Source of the DNA: an uncultured delta proteobacterium
GTDB lineage: Bacteria; Desulfobacterota; RBG-13-43-22
NCBI GenBank assembly: GCA_963843145.1
Contig: CAWJJC010000005.1
Coordinates: 160,001-224,000 of the forward strand
Reading direction: 5' to 3'
DNA: 64,000 bases
Position numbers and translations under genes: made by a program. Positions 8,142 through 18,145 of this stretch are shown here, piece after piece. The first letter of the stretch is position 1; every line of letters begins with the position of its first letter. Below the pieces are notes generated by a model. The model saw only the letters and a program-made list of their open reading frames with translations, did no database searches and had not been told where the DNA came from.

Positions 8142-9806
8142 ATGATCTCTAGCCGACATCTTCGCCTATTGTCTTTTGTCCTGCTGTTCTATTGTCTAAT
8201 CCCTCAAATCTCCTGGGGTTCTACTCCCGACACCTCTTTTTGTACCGATCCGGAAAACCTATTAGTCCTTCGGCTTTATTATCAATCGCCGAAGAATCTC
8301 AAAGCCGTCGCCGCCCAATATGATATCTGGGAGGCCCATCCCGAAGAGGGTTTTGTGGTCATCGGCACCCGCTGTGGGGAATTGGAAAAAATCAGCGGTC
8401 AGGGCTGGACGGTGAAAATCGACCCCACCTTGACTCGGGAGACCAGGGCCAGTCTGCTCGGAATTCCCAAATTCCCCTGTTATCGGAGCGTGGAAGAGAC
8501 CTTGGCGGTCCTTAAAAACCTGGCCGCCGACTATCCGGCCTTAACCGACCTCATCACTATCGGCCAGAGTTGGGATAAAAGCACCTCCGAAGGACCTGCA
8601 GGATTCGATTTACAGGCCCTCCGGATAACCAATAAGCAGATACCAGGACCCAAACCGGTTTTTTTCCTGATGGCCGCCATCCATGGCCGTGAATTAACCA
8701 CCTCGGAAACCGCTCTCCGTTTAGCCGAAACCCTGTTGCAACAGTATGGGGTCAACCCTGAGATCACCCTGCTCCTGGATTACCAGGAAATTCAGGTGGT
8801 CCCCCTGATGAACCCCGACGGCCGAAAGTGGGCCGAACAAGGTTATCTTTGGAGGAAAAATACCGATTCCCTCTGGGGGTGTACCTTTCCAAACTTTGGG
8901 GTCGATCTGAATCGCAACCATTCCTTCCACTGGGGAGGCGCCGGCGACGCTCCCTGCGATGAAATCTATCAAGGACCCGCGGCGGCTTCGGAACCGGAGA
9001 CCCAGGCCCTGCAAAATTATGTTCGCCTCCTTTTTCCGGATCAGCGCGGTCCTTTGGATACAGATCCCGCCCCGGTAGACACTGCCGGCATCTTTGTCAC
9101 CCTCCATTCCTACGGCAGATTGGTTCTCTGGCCCTGGGGCTGGACCGATCAATTCCCGGCTCCCAACGACGCTCAACTCCAGGCGATCGGCGTTAAACTG
9201 GCCTCCTTTAATCACTATACCCCCAAGCAATCAAGCCTTCTGTATCCCGCTACCGGGACTTCCGATGACTGGGCTTATGGTGAGATGGGGATAGCCTCTT
9301 TTACCTTTGAAATGGGAACACAATTTTTCCAGGATTGTTCGAGTTTTGAAGCCACTATCTGGCCGGACAACTTGAAAGCCCTGCTTTATGCTTTCAAAAT
9401 CGCCTCCGCACCCTACCGCCTGGCCTACGGCCCGGATGCCTTGTCCCCCCTGGTCAATCCCCCTTGGGGCAAACAGGGGGAACCTCTTGAACTGACCGCC
9501 CTGATCTCCGACCAGCAGATTGGAGGGCTTTCCCTCCAGCAGGCGGAATATTTCATTCTCTCCGAACATCAGGCAAATCCCCCCGGCACTCCCGGGACCG
9601 GACTACCCCTGACGCCAACCGACGGTCAATGGGATAGCCCGATTGAAACGGTCAGGGCCGTCATTGATACCGCCCATCTGGTCCCCGGGAATTACTTGAT
9701 CGCCCTGCGGGGCCAGGATGTGGATGGAAACTGGGGCCCTCTCACCGCGACTTCTTTGCGGATTCGCTATGACTACCAGTTATTTTTCCCCATCTTCTTG
9801 AATTAG
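8142..9806 (+). CDS. Secreted M14 zinc carboxypeptidase (carboxypeptidase T-like)
   Basis: Signal peptide; IHGRE, NPDG, WRKN, GVDLNRN, LHSYG and FTFE motifs. Confidence 0.9.
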   Translation: MISSRHLRLLSFVLLFYCLIPQISWGSTPDTSFCTDPENLLVLRLYYQSPKNLKAVAAQYDIWEAHPEEGFVVIGTRCGELEKISGQGWTVKIDPTLTRETRASLLGIPKFPCYRSVEETLAVLKNLAADYPALTDLITIGQSWDKSTSEGPAGFDLQALRITNKQIPGPKPVFFLMAAIHGRELTTSETALRLAETLLQQYGVNPEITLLLDYQEIQVVPLMNPDGRKWAEQGYLWRKNTDSLWGCTFPNFGVDLNRNHSFHWGGAGDAPCDEIYQGPAAASEPETQALQNYVRLLFPDQRGPLDTDPAPVDTAGIFVTLHSYGRLVLWPWGWTDQFPAPNDAQLQAIGVKLASFNHYTPKQSSLLYPATGTSDDWAYGEMGIASFTFEMGTQFFQDCSSFEATIWPDNLKALLYAFKIASAPYRLAYGPDALSPLVNPPWGKQGEPLELTALISDQQIGGLSLQQAEYFILSEHQANPPGTPGTGLPLTPTDGQWDSPIETVRAVIDTAHLVPGNYLIALRGQDVDGNWGPLTATSLRIRYDYQLFFPIFLN

Positions 9807-9931
9807 TCCTCCCCTTGACAGATTCTTTTTGGTGCTTAATTTAAAGATCAGTTAATTGAACCCGCCCAAAACAGGGGGCAACGAGCCGGGTTACTTTTAG
9901 GGTAAACCCGGCTTTTTATTTGGGGATAACC

Positions 9932-11011
9932 ATGATAGCAACGAAAACCTCGACTTTGAAACACGGTTCGGCCCTGGAGAGCCTTATCTCTGAGGATGCT
10001 TTTTCGCGATCGGACGAAACCGATGATCGGGAATTTTACTCCCGGGACCGCTTCGTCTCCCACCTGGATTCCTTAGCCCTGGCCACCGTTGAGAAAATCA
10101 TTGGGGACCTGGTGGTGGAAAAGCAGCCGATCATTTTAGACCTCATGTCCGGTTGGGATTCCCATCTCCCGGAAGGGTTCCAGCCTGCCCGTCTGGTCGG
10201 TCTGGGCTTAAATGAAAATGAACTTCAAATGAACAAAGCCCTGACGGAATACCGCCTTCATGACCTGAACCGGGACCCGATTCTCCCTTTTCCGGATCAG
10301 ACCTTTGATGTGGTGCTCAATACCTTGTCGGTTGATTATTTGACCAACCCACTGCGGATCTTTGAAGAGGTGAACCGGGTGCTGAAACCCGGGGGATTAT
10401 TTCTGGTTATTTTTTCCAATCGGATGTTCCCCGAGAAGGCGGTCAGGATCTGGCGGGAGGCCAACGAAGAAGAGCGAGTTTTTCTGATCCAGGATTTTTT
10501 TAAGGAAGCTTCACATTTTGAAAAACCGGGGCTTTTTGTTTCTAAAGGAAAACCCCGGCCCCAAGACGACAAATACGCTCACTTGGGCATCGCCAGCGAT
10601 CCCATTTACGCAGTCTTCGCCGACAAGGTCGGCGGGGATTCAAATCGAAAAAAAAGGAGAATCACCATGTCGACCGTCAACCGTAAGCTCAGTCCGGAAG
10701 AGTTAAGAGAAATAGAAAAGGAAGTTAAAAATACCCTTTGCTGCCCTTACTGCGGGGAAAAAATGAAAAAATGGGCCGTTCCCGACAATCCCTTTTCTCA
10801 GACCTGGGACAATGATTTTATGTACATCTGCTTCAACGACGCCTGCCCCTATTATGTCCGGGGCTGGGATCACATGGCCCGAGAAGTGCAAAGAAGTGTT
10901 TCCTATCGACTCATGTACAACCCCGAGCGGGATTATTGCCTGCCCATTCCCGTTCCGACGCCCTTTGCCTTAAAGGAGGGAATTGTCGAGCAGGACGAAT
11001 GCGGCAAATAA
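9932..11011 (+). CDS. Class I SAM methyltransferase fused to a C-terminal zinc-ribbon domain
   Basis: DDREFY..RFVSHLD, LDLMSGWDSH, SVDYL, FSNRMFPEKAV; C-terminal CPYCG...CFNDACPYY. Confidence 0.8.
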   Translation: MIATKTSTLKHGSALESLISEDAFSRSDETDDREFYSRDRFVSHLDSLALATVEKIIGDLVVEKQPIILDLMSGWDSHLPEGFQPARLVGLGLNENELQMNKALTEYRLHDLNRDPILPFPDQTFDVVLNTLSVDYLTNPLRIFEEVNRVLKPGGLFLVIFSNRMFPEKAVRIWREANEEERVFLIQDFFKEASHFEKPGLFVSKGKPRPQDDKYAHLGIASDPIYAVFADKVGGDSNRKKRRITMSTVNRKLSPEELREIEKEVKNTLCCPYCGEKMKKWAVPDNPFSQTWDNDFMYICFNDACPYYVRGWDHMAREVQRSVSYRLMYNPERDYCLPIPVPTPFALKEGIVEQDECGK

Positions 11012-11143
11012 TTCTTCCGCTGGATGGAGAGTGTGAGGGTCGCTGATAGGTTGAACGTCGAACATCGAACGTCCAACATCGAATGTTGAATGGCGGTTAA
11101 TATTTCATTCGAGGTTGGGCGTTCGATGTTTAATGTTCGATGT

Positions 11144-12166
11144 TCATTTTTCTTTCAAGCTCGGGTCCAGGATTTCTATCTTGGCCTTCTGGCGCAGATT
11201 GTGGACATATTCATTAACGGTCTTTTGAAATTTCTCATTTTTCACCTGGGCCTCGACCTGTCGGCGAACCTCCTCCAGGGGAGTCACCCCCGCGGGCTTT
11301 TTCCCGTAAACCTGGATTAGATGAAAACCGAACTGGGTTTCCACTACGGGACTGATCTCCCCTTCCTTTAAGGCTAAGGCCGCCTTTTCAAAAGCCGGGA
11401 CCATCCGTCCCTTTTCAAAGTACCCTAAATCTCCGCCCCGGGCCTTACTCGGGTCCTCGGAATACGTCTTGGCTAATTCGGAGAAATCCTTGCCGGCCTG
11501 GGCCTCCTTAAGCACGGATTCTATTTTTTCCTTGGCCAGCTTCTTTTGTTCCTCGGTGGCCTCCTTGGGCACGCGAATCAATATGTGACGCGCCCCAATA
11601 AGTTCTCCATGGCGATACCGCTCCGGATTGGCCTGGTAAGCCGCTTCCAATTCCGCGTCGGAGACTTTCACCAGCGGCTGGATTTTCTGGTTGATGACGG
11701 CCCGGACATAAATGTTCTTTTTGATATTGTCCCTGGCCTGGTCCTTCGTCAGCCCCTCTTTGGCTAATTGCTCCTCGAATTTCTCTTTGGAACCGGCCTG
11801 TTTTTCAGCCGCAGCCCACATGGCCTCCACTTGCGAGTTCACTTCGGGAAGGTTCAGGGCTTTCCCTTCCTGGTAAAGTAACTCCACGGCTACGAATTGA
11901 TCCAAGGCCTTGCGGCGAAGCGTTTCCGGCCCCTCTTTATCCGCTTCTTTATCTCCAAACTGGCGGCGCATCTCCCGGATGGTCATCTGCAGGTCCCGGT
12001 CATAGATTTTCGTGCCCTCAACCACTGCCACCGGTGCATCGGCTTTGGCCGCTACCACTTTTTCCTTGGTGGCGGAAGGGGGCTCCTGCGCCCAAACCGT
12101 AAAAGCGATCAAGATGCTTAGAATCCAGGATGCAACCCAAACCAGGCCTTGTTCTTTTCTTGGCAT
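11144..12166 (-). CDS. PpiC/parvulin-type peptidyl-prolyl isomerase (SurA/PrsA-like foldase)
   Basis: ARHILI, FSELAKTYSEDPS, GGDLG, MVPAFE, TQFGFHLI; start chosen at the GGAG-preceded ATG. Confidence 0.9.
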   Translation of the reverse strand: MPRKEQGLVWVASWILSILIAFTVWAQEPPSATKEKVVAAKADAPVAVVEGTKIYDRDLQMTIREMRRQFGDKEADKEGPETLRRKALDQFVAVELLYQEGKALNLPEVNSQVEAMWAAAEKQAGSKEKFEEQLAKEGLTKDQARDNIKKNIYVRAVINQKIQPLVKVSDAELEAAYQANPERYRHGELIGARHILIRVPKEATEEQKKLAKEKIESVLKEAQAGKDFSELAKTYSEDPSKARGGDLGYFEKGRMVPAFEKAALALKEGEISPVVETQFGFHLIQVYGKKPAGVTPLEEVRRQVEAQVKNEKFQKTVNEYVHNLRQKAKIEILDPSLKEK

Positions 12167-12390
12167 AACCGATCTCCATTCCACGATTTCTTTGCCGGGC
12201 TGTAATTCACCCGAATGGTTATTATAGCCCAATCCGGCGGCAAAAAAAACCTTATTTACAAAACAGATTCAATTGTGTTATTAGGATCAACAACTACTAA
12301 TTGATTGACTGTCGACCCCAATCAAACGGTCACCCAAATTAGTATGCAAATAAGAATCCACCACCACTTTTTAGACCTTTTCCCTGAGTA

Positions 12391-12477
12391 GTCATACCGG
12401 ACTTGATCCGGTATCCAGGCCCTCCGGAGCTTATCCGAGGCTGGATTCCGGATCACGCTTCGCTTGTCCGGAGCGAC
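12391..12477. repeat. GTCAT-type REP-like element
   Basis: gtcataccggacttgatccggtatccagg...ctggattccgg...gagcgac. Confidence 0.65.
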
Positions 12478-12659
12478 GAATTTTGGTCAAGCCTAATTTC
12501 CATGCACCGGGATGCCCGCCCCAGGCATGGGGGTATAATTCGAAAATAAAGCGAAAACTTGGCATATTTTCAGCCGAGTGTTTAAGATTCCCGAGATCAA
12601 ATTCGAAGATCAGCGCTCTGGTCCTTTGATGAACTCAAGACTTTCCGGAATTTAATCAT

Positions 12660-12905
12660 TCAAAGAACAGGCCGACTAACGACTCCCCAAGGAAAATTGA
12701 CGCTGGCCATGAGTGCCAATAAGGCCGTCCAAAAGGATTTCCTTGGCTGGAGAGGTGTTTCCTGAAAATGGGCTTTCTGGTCAATTACAGGAGGAACTGG
12801 TCTTCTTCGGTCAGCCCAAAGAGAATCCCAAATAACTTTAAAGTTTTTCTTTGTGAGATCAGATGTTCCCTTCGCTTTTGATAAGTATATTTTCTTGTTT
12901 CCCAT
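12660..12905 (-). CDS. Small hypothetical protein
   Basis: 81-aa ATG ORF in otherwise non-coding space, divergent from the kinase; no recognised motif. Confidence 0.3.
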   Translation of the reverse strand: MGNKKIYLSKAKGTSDLTKKNFKVIWDSLWADRRRPVPPVIDQKAHFQETPLQPRKSFWTALLALMASVNFPWGVVSRPVL

Positions 12906-13013
12906 TTTATCGCTGGATTACGGTGTAAACAAAAGTTCCGCAGAGCAGTTTACTTGAACAGGGTGTATAGTCTGTTCCCGATACATGCATAGGTCTCAGG
13001 GCAGGAGAACAGC

Positions 13014-15269
13014 ATGACCGCCATCCGAACTTTTTTCCGCGATTTGCCCATTAGTTCAAAGCTGTTAGGTGCTTACGCCTCAGTTTTCATCATCACCCTG
13101 CTCATAGGCAGCGTTTTCCTCTATTCCCTGGTACGCCATACTATTGAGAGAAATATTGAAAGCGAGCTGAACAATACCACCACCATCATCCTGAGCATGG
13201 TTCGCACAGCGGCCAAAACATCCATCAAAAACCACTTACGGGCGGCTGCCGCCCAGAATCACAAAATCGTTTCCTGGATTCATAAAAAACAGCTCGACGG
13301 GGATTTAACCGAAGCCGAAGCCAAATTCCAGGCGCGTGAGTTGTTACTGAGTCAGACCGTTGGCAAAACCGGCTACATCTATGTCATCAACAGCAACGGA
13401 CTGGCCGAAATACACCCCAACGCTGGGGTTGAAGGAAAAAATTTCCGTCATGTTTCCTTTGTCCGGGAACAGATCGACCGTAAGGAAGGCTATCTGGAGT
13501 ACGAATGGCAGAATCCGGGGGAAGACTCTCCAAAACCCAAATCTCTCTATATGATTTACTTTGCGCCCTGGGACTGGATTATCTCGGTCACATCCTACCG
13601 AGAGGAGTTTGCGGAATTGATTGCGGTGGATGATTTTCGAGATAGTATTCTGGCCCTGCGCTTCGGTAAAACCGGGTACTCCTTTGTATTGGACAGCAAA
13701 GGCAATTTGATTCTTCACCCCGTGTTGAAGGGCAATGCTTACAACTTTATCGATGCAGAAGGTAACCGGTTTGTCCGTACGATCTGCACCCAAAAGAAAG
13801 GCAAACTGATCTACTCATGGAAAAATCCGGAGGAAACGGAATTCAGGGATAAACTGGTGATTTTCAATTATATCCCGGAATATGACTGGATCGTGGCCTC
13901 TTCCTGCTATCTGGAAGAATCCTATGCCGCGCTTCGTGACGTCCGTACCGTGGTATTGGCTACCATAGCGGCGACGTTTTTATTGGCCCTGCCCATCACC
14001 TGGCTCATGAGCGTCTATATTGTAAGACCATTGAAACGGTTGATGGTTTGCTTCAGAAAAGCCGGCACCGGAAACCTGAACGTGCGCATGGAAGACACCG
14101 CCCGGGATGAAGTCGGTGAACTGACAGGATATTTTAACACCTTCATGGAAGAACTTCAAAAGTCAAACGAAAAGCTGGTCGCCGAGGTGAGGGAACGCAA
14201 ACAGGCCGAGGACCAGTTGCGGGTCAGCGAGAAAAAGTATCGGACTATTCTTGAGCGAATGGAAGAGGGCTATTTCGAGGTGGATAAAGAAGGAAATTTT
14301 ACCTTTTTCAATGATGCTTTTTTGGCCATTCTTTGCTACTCTGAAAAGGAACTTATCCATTTGAGCATGAGGGAAATCGCGGAAGCCAAATCGGCTGCTC
14401 GACTCACCCAAACCCTAAAAGAAATAAGGGTTACGGGGAATCCCATCAAAACCGTCGACTGTAAGCTGATTAAAGGAGATGGTTCCTTCTGCGACATTGA
14501 GACATCCATTTCTCTAATAGAAGACTCCCAGTGCGCTGAAGTTGGATTTCGGGGGGTTTTGAAAGATGTAACGGAGAAGAAAAGAGCGGAGAAAGCCTCC
14601 CGACGTCTGGAGAGGGAAATTCTGGACATCAGCGAAAGAGAACATCAGAAAATCGGTCGAAATCTCCATGATGACCTTTGCCCGCATCTGTTGGGTATCG
14701 AGGTGCTGACTGCGGTTCTCAAACAAAAACTCGAAGAGAAATCGATACCTGAGGCCCAAAACGCGAAAAAGATTCAAACACTGATACAGGATTCCATCAG
14801 AAAGTTGAAACGTCTGTCAAAGGGATTATATCCGGTGGATCTGCCGGATCACGGCTTTGATTCCGCTCTGGCGGACTTAGCGTTTCTTACCCAGGATATC
14901 TTCGGAGTGGCATGCCGTTTTAGCTGTGAAATACCGGTCAGTATCGCTGACAACACCGTAGCCATGCATGCTTACTACATCGTCCATGAAGGCATTCACA
15001 ATGCGATCAAGCACGCCAAGGCGGAGAATATCTTTGTCTCTTTAAGCGCGCAACATGGCAAAGTCAAATTGGAAATAAAAGATGACGGTTTGGGAATCGA
15101 AAAGGAGGACAACAACCGGGGCATGGGGTTGCGGATCATGAACTACCGGGCAAGGCGAATCGGCGCCGATCTCAACATAATGAAGGACGTGAATGGCGGT
15201 ACGGTATTGACCCTGGTATTGGCTGCGGACAGTTTAGGGAATAAGAAACAAGGCCTGGGTAATGGCTGA
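13014..15269 (+). CDS. Sensor histidine kinase (two Cache domains, HAMP, PAS, HisKA_3)
   Basis: Two GKTGY...W.NP.E Cache repeats, DEVGEL HAMP, IGRNLHDD H-box, NAIKH, DDGLG, GMGL. Confidence 0.9.
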   Translation: MTAIRTFFRDLPISSKLLGAYASVFIITLLIGSVFLYSLVRHTIERNIESELNNTTTIILSMVRTAAKTSIKNHLRAAAAQNHKIVSWIHKKQLDGDLTEAEAKFQARELLLSQTVGKTGYIYVINSNGLAEIHPNAGVEGKNFRHVSFVREQIDRKEGYLEYEWQNPGEDSPKPKSLYMIYFAPWDWIISVTSYREEFAELIAVDDFRDSILALRFGKTGYSFVLDSKGNLILHPVLKGNAYNFIDAEGNRFVRTICTQKKGKLIYSWKNPEETEFRDKLVIFNYIPEYDWIVASSCYLEESYAALRDVRTVVLATIAATFLLALPITWLMSVYIVRPLKRLMVCFRKAGTGNLNVRMEDTARDEVGELTGYFNTFMEELQKSNEKLVAEVRERKQAEDQLRVSEKKYRTILERMEEGYFEVDKEGNFTFFNDAFLAILCYSEKELIHLSMREIAEAKSAARLTQTLKEIRVTGNPIKTVDCKLIKGDGSFCDIETSISLIEDSQCAEVGFRGVLKDVTEKKRAEKASRRLEREILDISEREHQKIGRNLHDDLCPHLLGIEVLTAVLKQKLEEKSIPEAQNAKKIQTLIQDSIRKLKRLSKGLYPVDLPDHGFDSALADLAFLTQDIFGVACRFSCEIPVSIADNTVAMHAYYIVHEGIHNAIKHAKAENIFVSLSAQHGKVKLEIKDDGLGIEKEDNNRGMGLRIMNYRARRIGADLNIMKDVNGGTVLTLVLAADSLGNKKQGLGNG

Positions 15270-15927
15270 AGAAAAAATACGCGTTTTGATTGTTGAAGAT
15301 CATCCCATTTTCCGAATGGGACTTAAAGAATTGATTAACGCACAAAAAGATATGGAAGTGTGTGGCGAAGCCGATGATGTGAATGTGGCAAGGCGGGCCG
15401 TTGGGGAGCATCCGCCTGATATGATTATTTTGGATTTGGCCCTGAAAAGCAGCAGCGGGATAGAACTGATAAAAGAACTCGGTGCTCGAAAACAAGACAT
15501 TCCGGTATTGGTTCTGTCCATGCATGACGAATCGGTTCATGCCGAGCGTTGCATTTCAGCCGGCGCCAAGGGTTATATCATGAAACAGGAAGCCACGGTA
15601 TCCGTGGTAAAGGCGATTCGTCACATTTTAAACGGCAATTGTTATGTCAGCGAACAAATCATGACCCGGTTGCTAAATAGAATGCGTCGCCCGGACGAAC
15701 CTTTGCTCAGATCCCCTATCGGCAATCTGACGGATCGCGAGATAGAGATATTTCAATTAATCGGTAAAGGACATTCCCCAAGCAAAATTGCACAACAGTT
15801 GCATTTGAGTGTGAAGACCGTAGGCACCCATAAGGAACGGATCAAGGAAAAACTGAACATCACAGACGGCGGCGAATTGGTCAGATTTGCCGTTTTGTCG
15901 AATGAAAACGAGAACGAGGATAGGTAA
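15262..15927 (+). CDS. NarL/LuxR-family response regulator
   Basis: VEDHPIFRMGL, ILDLAL, LSMHDE, GYIMK; LTDREIEI...LSVKTVGTH HTH; overlaps the kinase stop. Confidence 0.92.
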   Translation: MAEEKIRVLIVEDHPIFRMGLKELINAQKDMEVCGEADDVNVARRAVGEHPPDMIILDLALKSSSGIELIKELGARKQDIPVLVLSMHDESVHAERCISAGAKGYIMKQEATVSVVKAIRHILNGNCYVSEQIMTRLLNRMRRPDEPLLRSPIGNLTDREIEIFQLIGKGHSPSKIAQQLHLSVKTVGTHKERIKEKLNITDGGELVRFAVLSNENENEDR

Positions 15928-16024
15928 CTTACCTATCCTAATTTGAATAAATTGCCTATCGCAAATTCATTAATTTCCCTATATACTTTCCCGGCGTTTT
16001 TGATGATGATAGGTCATCTCCTAT
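15917..16024. promoter_or_regulatory. Phased ATAGG/CCTAT operator array
   Basis: Palindrome AGGATAGGTAA-c-TTACCTATCCT; CCTAT at 15932, 15955 and 15978; ATAGGtcatctCCTAT at 16009-16024. Confidence 0.5.
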
Positions 16025-16122
16025 GGAAGAGGATCTTGTTAATCGGGCTGACGGCTTAGTTGTCGGGTGGCAAACGGACTTTTTCAATTAACAAGACCTA
16101 AAATCGGCTTGCCGCATCTATC

Positions 16123-16185
16123 GTCACTCCTGGCTAAAGCCGGAGTCCAGAAAAACTCTGGGTTCCGGATCAAGCCCGTCATGAC
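16123..16185. repeat. GTCAT-type REP-like element
   Basis: gtcactcctggctaaagccggagtccag...ctgggttccggatcaagcccgtcatgac. Confidence 0.6.
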
Positions 16186-16472
16186 ATCGCAGGGAGGCCA
16201 TTGATATCCATCGGCTTCTGGCCGGATAGCTGATTAAACATTGTGAATTTATAAATATTTTTCCTGAGTTGTCAGGCTATTATGTTCTCTATTGCTGATT
16301 TTCTCTACAGATCGGATATAGGGAAACAAGCGGAGATTTAAGTGAAAGACTGCTCGTAAAGGCCTGAATAAAAGATCAACTCCGGTAACAAATTTAAATT
16401 AATTCACAATTATCTCGGAGTTATGCTATAGAACACCTGTTTAGGTTAAGGTTTTTTAATGTGGTTTGAAAG

Positions 16473-17780
16473 TTGAAAAGATTGACCAAAGAGGCCGTTT
16501 TGAAAGATCGAATCTCCGGATATTTCGACCCTCAGTGGGAAACCCGACCTATTGAGGGAAAACGACCCGTAATAGAAAAACGCCTTCGTCAGACCCTTCT
16601 ATCTGCTTATGCCCAGGCCCCGGCCATAAAACATAAGTTCGATCTGGTGGGATTGCGTCCTGAAGAGATCCGGACGGAAAAAGATCTGGAACGGATCCCT
16701 ATTACTAAAAAAGTCGAACTGGTTGGCATCCAGAAAGCAAACCCTCCATTCGGCGGCTTGTTGACCCTTGCTCCCAACCAACTGAAACGAATTTTTGTTT
16801 CCCCCGGACCAATCTTTGATCCCATGAAAACAGGAGCGGCCGATTCCCGTTGCTGCAAGTGTCTCTTTGCCGCCGGGATCCGGCCGGGCGATCTGGTCCA
16901 GAATACTTTCCTTTATCATTTCACTCCCTTTGGATTATATTTTGATGATGCCCTGGTGGAGATGGGCTGCACCGTGATCCCGGCCGGGGTGGGCAACACC
17001 GAACTTCAGGCTCAGGTCATGCAGGCCCTGAAGGTGAACGGCTATATCGGGACCCCCAGTTTCCTGAAAGCCGTCCTGGACAAAGTCGAGGAATTGGGAT
17101 TTGATCCCCGGGAGGATCTGGATTTAAAGGTGGCGGTGGTGGGGGCCGAAATGCTGGCTGAATCCCTCCGGTCCGAGATTGAATCCCGGATCGACCTGAA
17201 AGTCCGCCAAGCCTACGGCACGGCCGACGTGGGCCTGATCGGCCATGAATGCCCGGAGAAGAATGGGTATCACCTTTTCGATATGGAAATGTTCTTTGAG
17301 GTGGTGGACCCCTCCACCGGACGACAAACCCCGCCCGGGGAAATCGGAGAGCTGGTGGTCACCAGCTTTAACCCGGTCTATCCCCTGATCCGCTTCGGTA
17401 CCGGAGATTTGACCGCCAGCGATGATTCCCGCTGCCCCTGCGGCAGGACAGCCCCCCGCCTGAAAGGGCTTTATGGCCGGGTGGATCAAGTCACCAAAGT
17501 CCGGGCCATGTTCATCCATCCCAGCCAGGTGGATCAGGTCATTGGTCGGAATCCTGAAGTATCCCGGGGCCGAATAATCGTGACCCAGCAAAACCATCAG
17601 GATGAAATGAACTTCCAGATTGAACTGAAGGACGATTTGATAGAAGCGGAGCCGCTGCTTAAAAAAATGCGGGAAGATATCCGGGAAATCATGCGGCTCC
17701 GGGGGGAAGTAATGATTGTCCCTCGAGGAGCCATCCCGGCCGACGCCAAAAAGATAGAAGACCGGCGAAACTGGGATTGA
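16473..17780 (+). CDS. Phenylacetate-CoA ligase family protein (PaaK-like)
   Basis: IFVSPGPI, PAGVGNTELQ, QAYGTAD, PLIRFGTGD, GRVDQVTKVR. Confidence 0.85.
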   Translation: MKRLTKEAVLKDRISGYFDPQWETRPIEGKRPVIEKRLRQTLLSAYAQAPAIKHKFDLVGLRPEEIRTEKDLERIPITKKVELVGIQKANPPFGGLLTLAPNQLKRIFVSPGPIFDPMKTGAADSRCCKCLFAAGIRPGDLVQNTFLYHFTPFGLYFDDALVEMGCTVIPAGVGNTELQAQVMQALKVNGYIGTPSFLKAVLDKVEELGFDPREDLDLKVAVVGAEMLAESLRSEIESRIDLKVRQAYGTADVGLIGHECPEKNGYHLFDMEMFFEVVDPSTGRQTPPGEIGELVVTSFNPVYPLIRFGTGDLTASDDSRCPCGRTAPRLKGLYGRVDQVTKVRAMFIHPSQVDQVIGRNPEVSRGRIIVTQQNHQDEMNFQIELKDDLIEAEPLLKKMREDIREIMRLRGEVMIVPRGAIPADAKKIEDRRNWD

Positions 17781-17928
17781 GGGTTAATATAAAAAAAAGG
17801 CGTTGCGGGTTGCAGGTTCAAAAAAACCGATACTGGATACTGGATACTGGATAAAAGATGGTCATTCCTTTACTTCCCCTCCCCCACGTGGGAGGGGACT
17901 GAGGGGTGGGGAGACTTGGAATTTTCAA

Positions 17929-18052
17929 GTAGGGGCGGCGACCCCGCCGCCCAACCCGGGGCCGGATTTAGCCACCGTCGCCGTAAGCTTACCTTGGACG
18001 TGCAGGGAACTTTATCCCTCACCAAGCCCGCCGGCGGGGTCGCCGGCCCTAC
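17929..18052. repeat. GTAG-type REP doublet (REPIN-like), copy 1
   Basis: gtaggggcggcgaccccgcc...ggcggggtcgccggccctac; full-length inverted homolog at 21573-21698. Confidence 0.75.
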
Positions 18053-18145
18053 GATAAACGAAAACTTGGGATAATTTCATGATTCGCGGGTGCTCGCCCC
18101 GGGCATAGGGGTTTATTATCCAAATCAAGGGAAGGAGATAAAGTC

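Noticed and set aside
12295-12344. Hairpin TACTAATT...AATTAGTA upstream of the PPIase as an ncRNA
   Set aside because: Short, AT-rich and imperfect; it could arise by chance in a promoter region.
16241-16410. Rex-type operator upstream of the PaaK-like gene
   Set aside because: Only separated half-sites (TTGTGAA and TTCACAA about 160 bp apart) are present; there is no complete palindrome.
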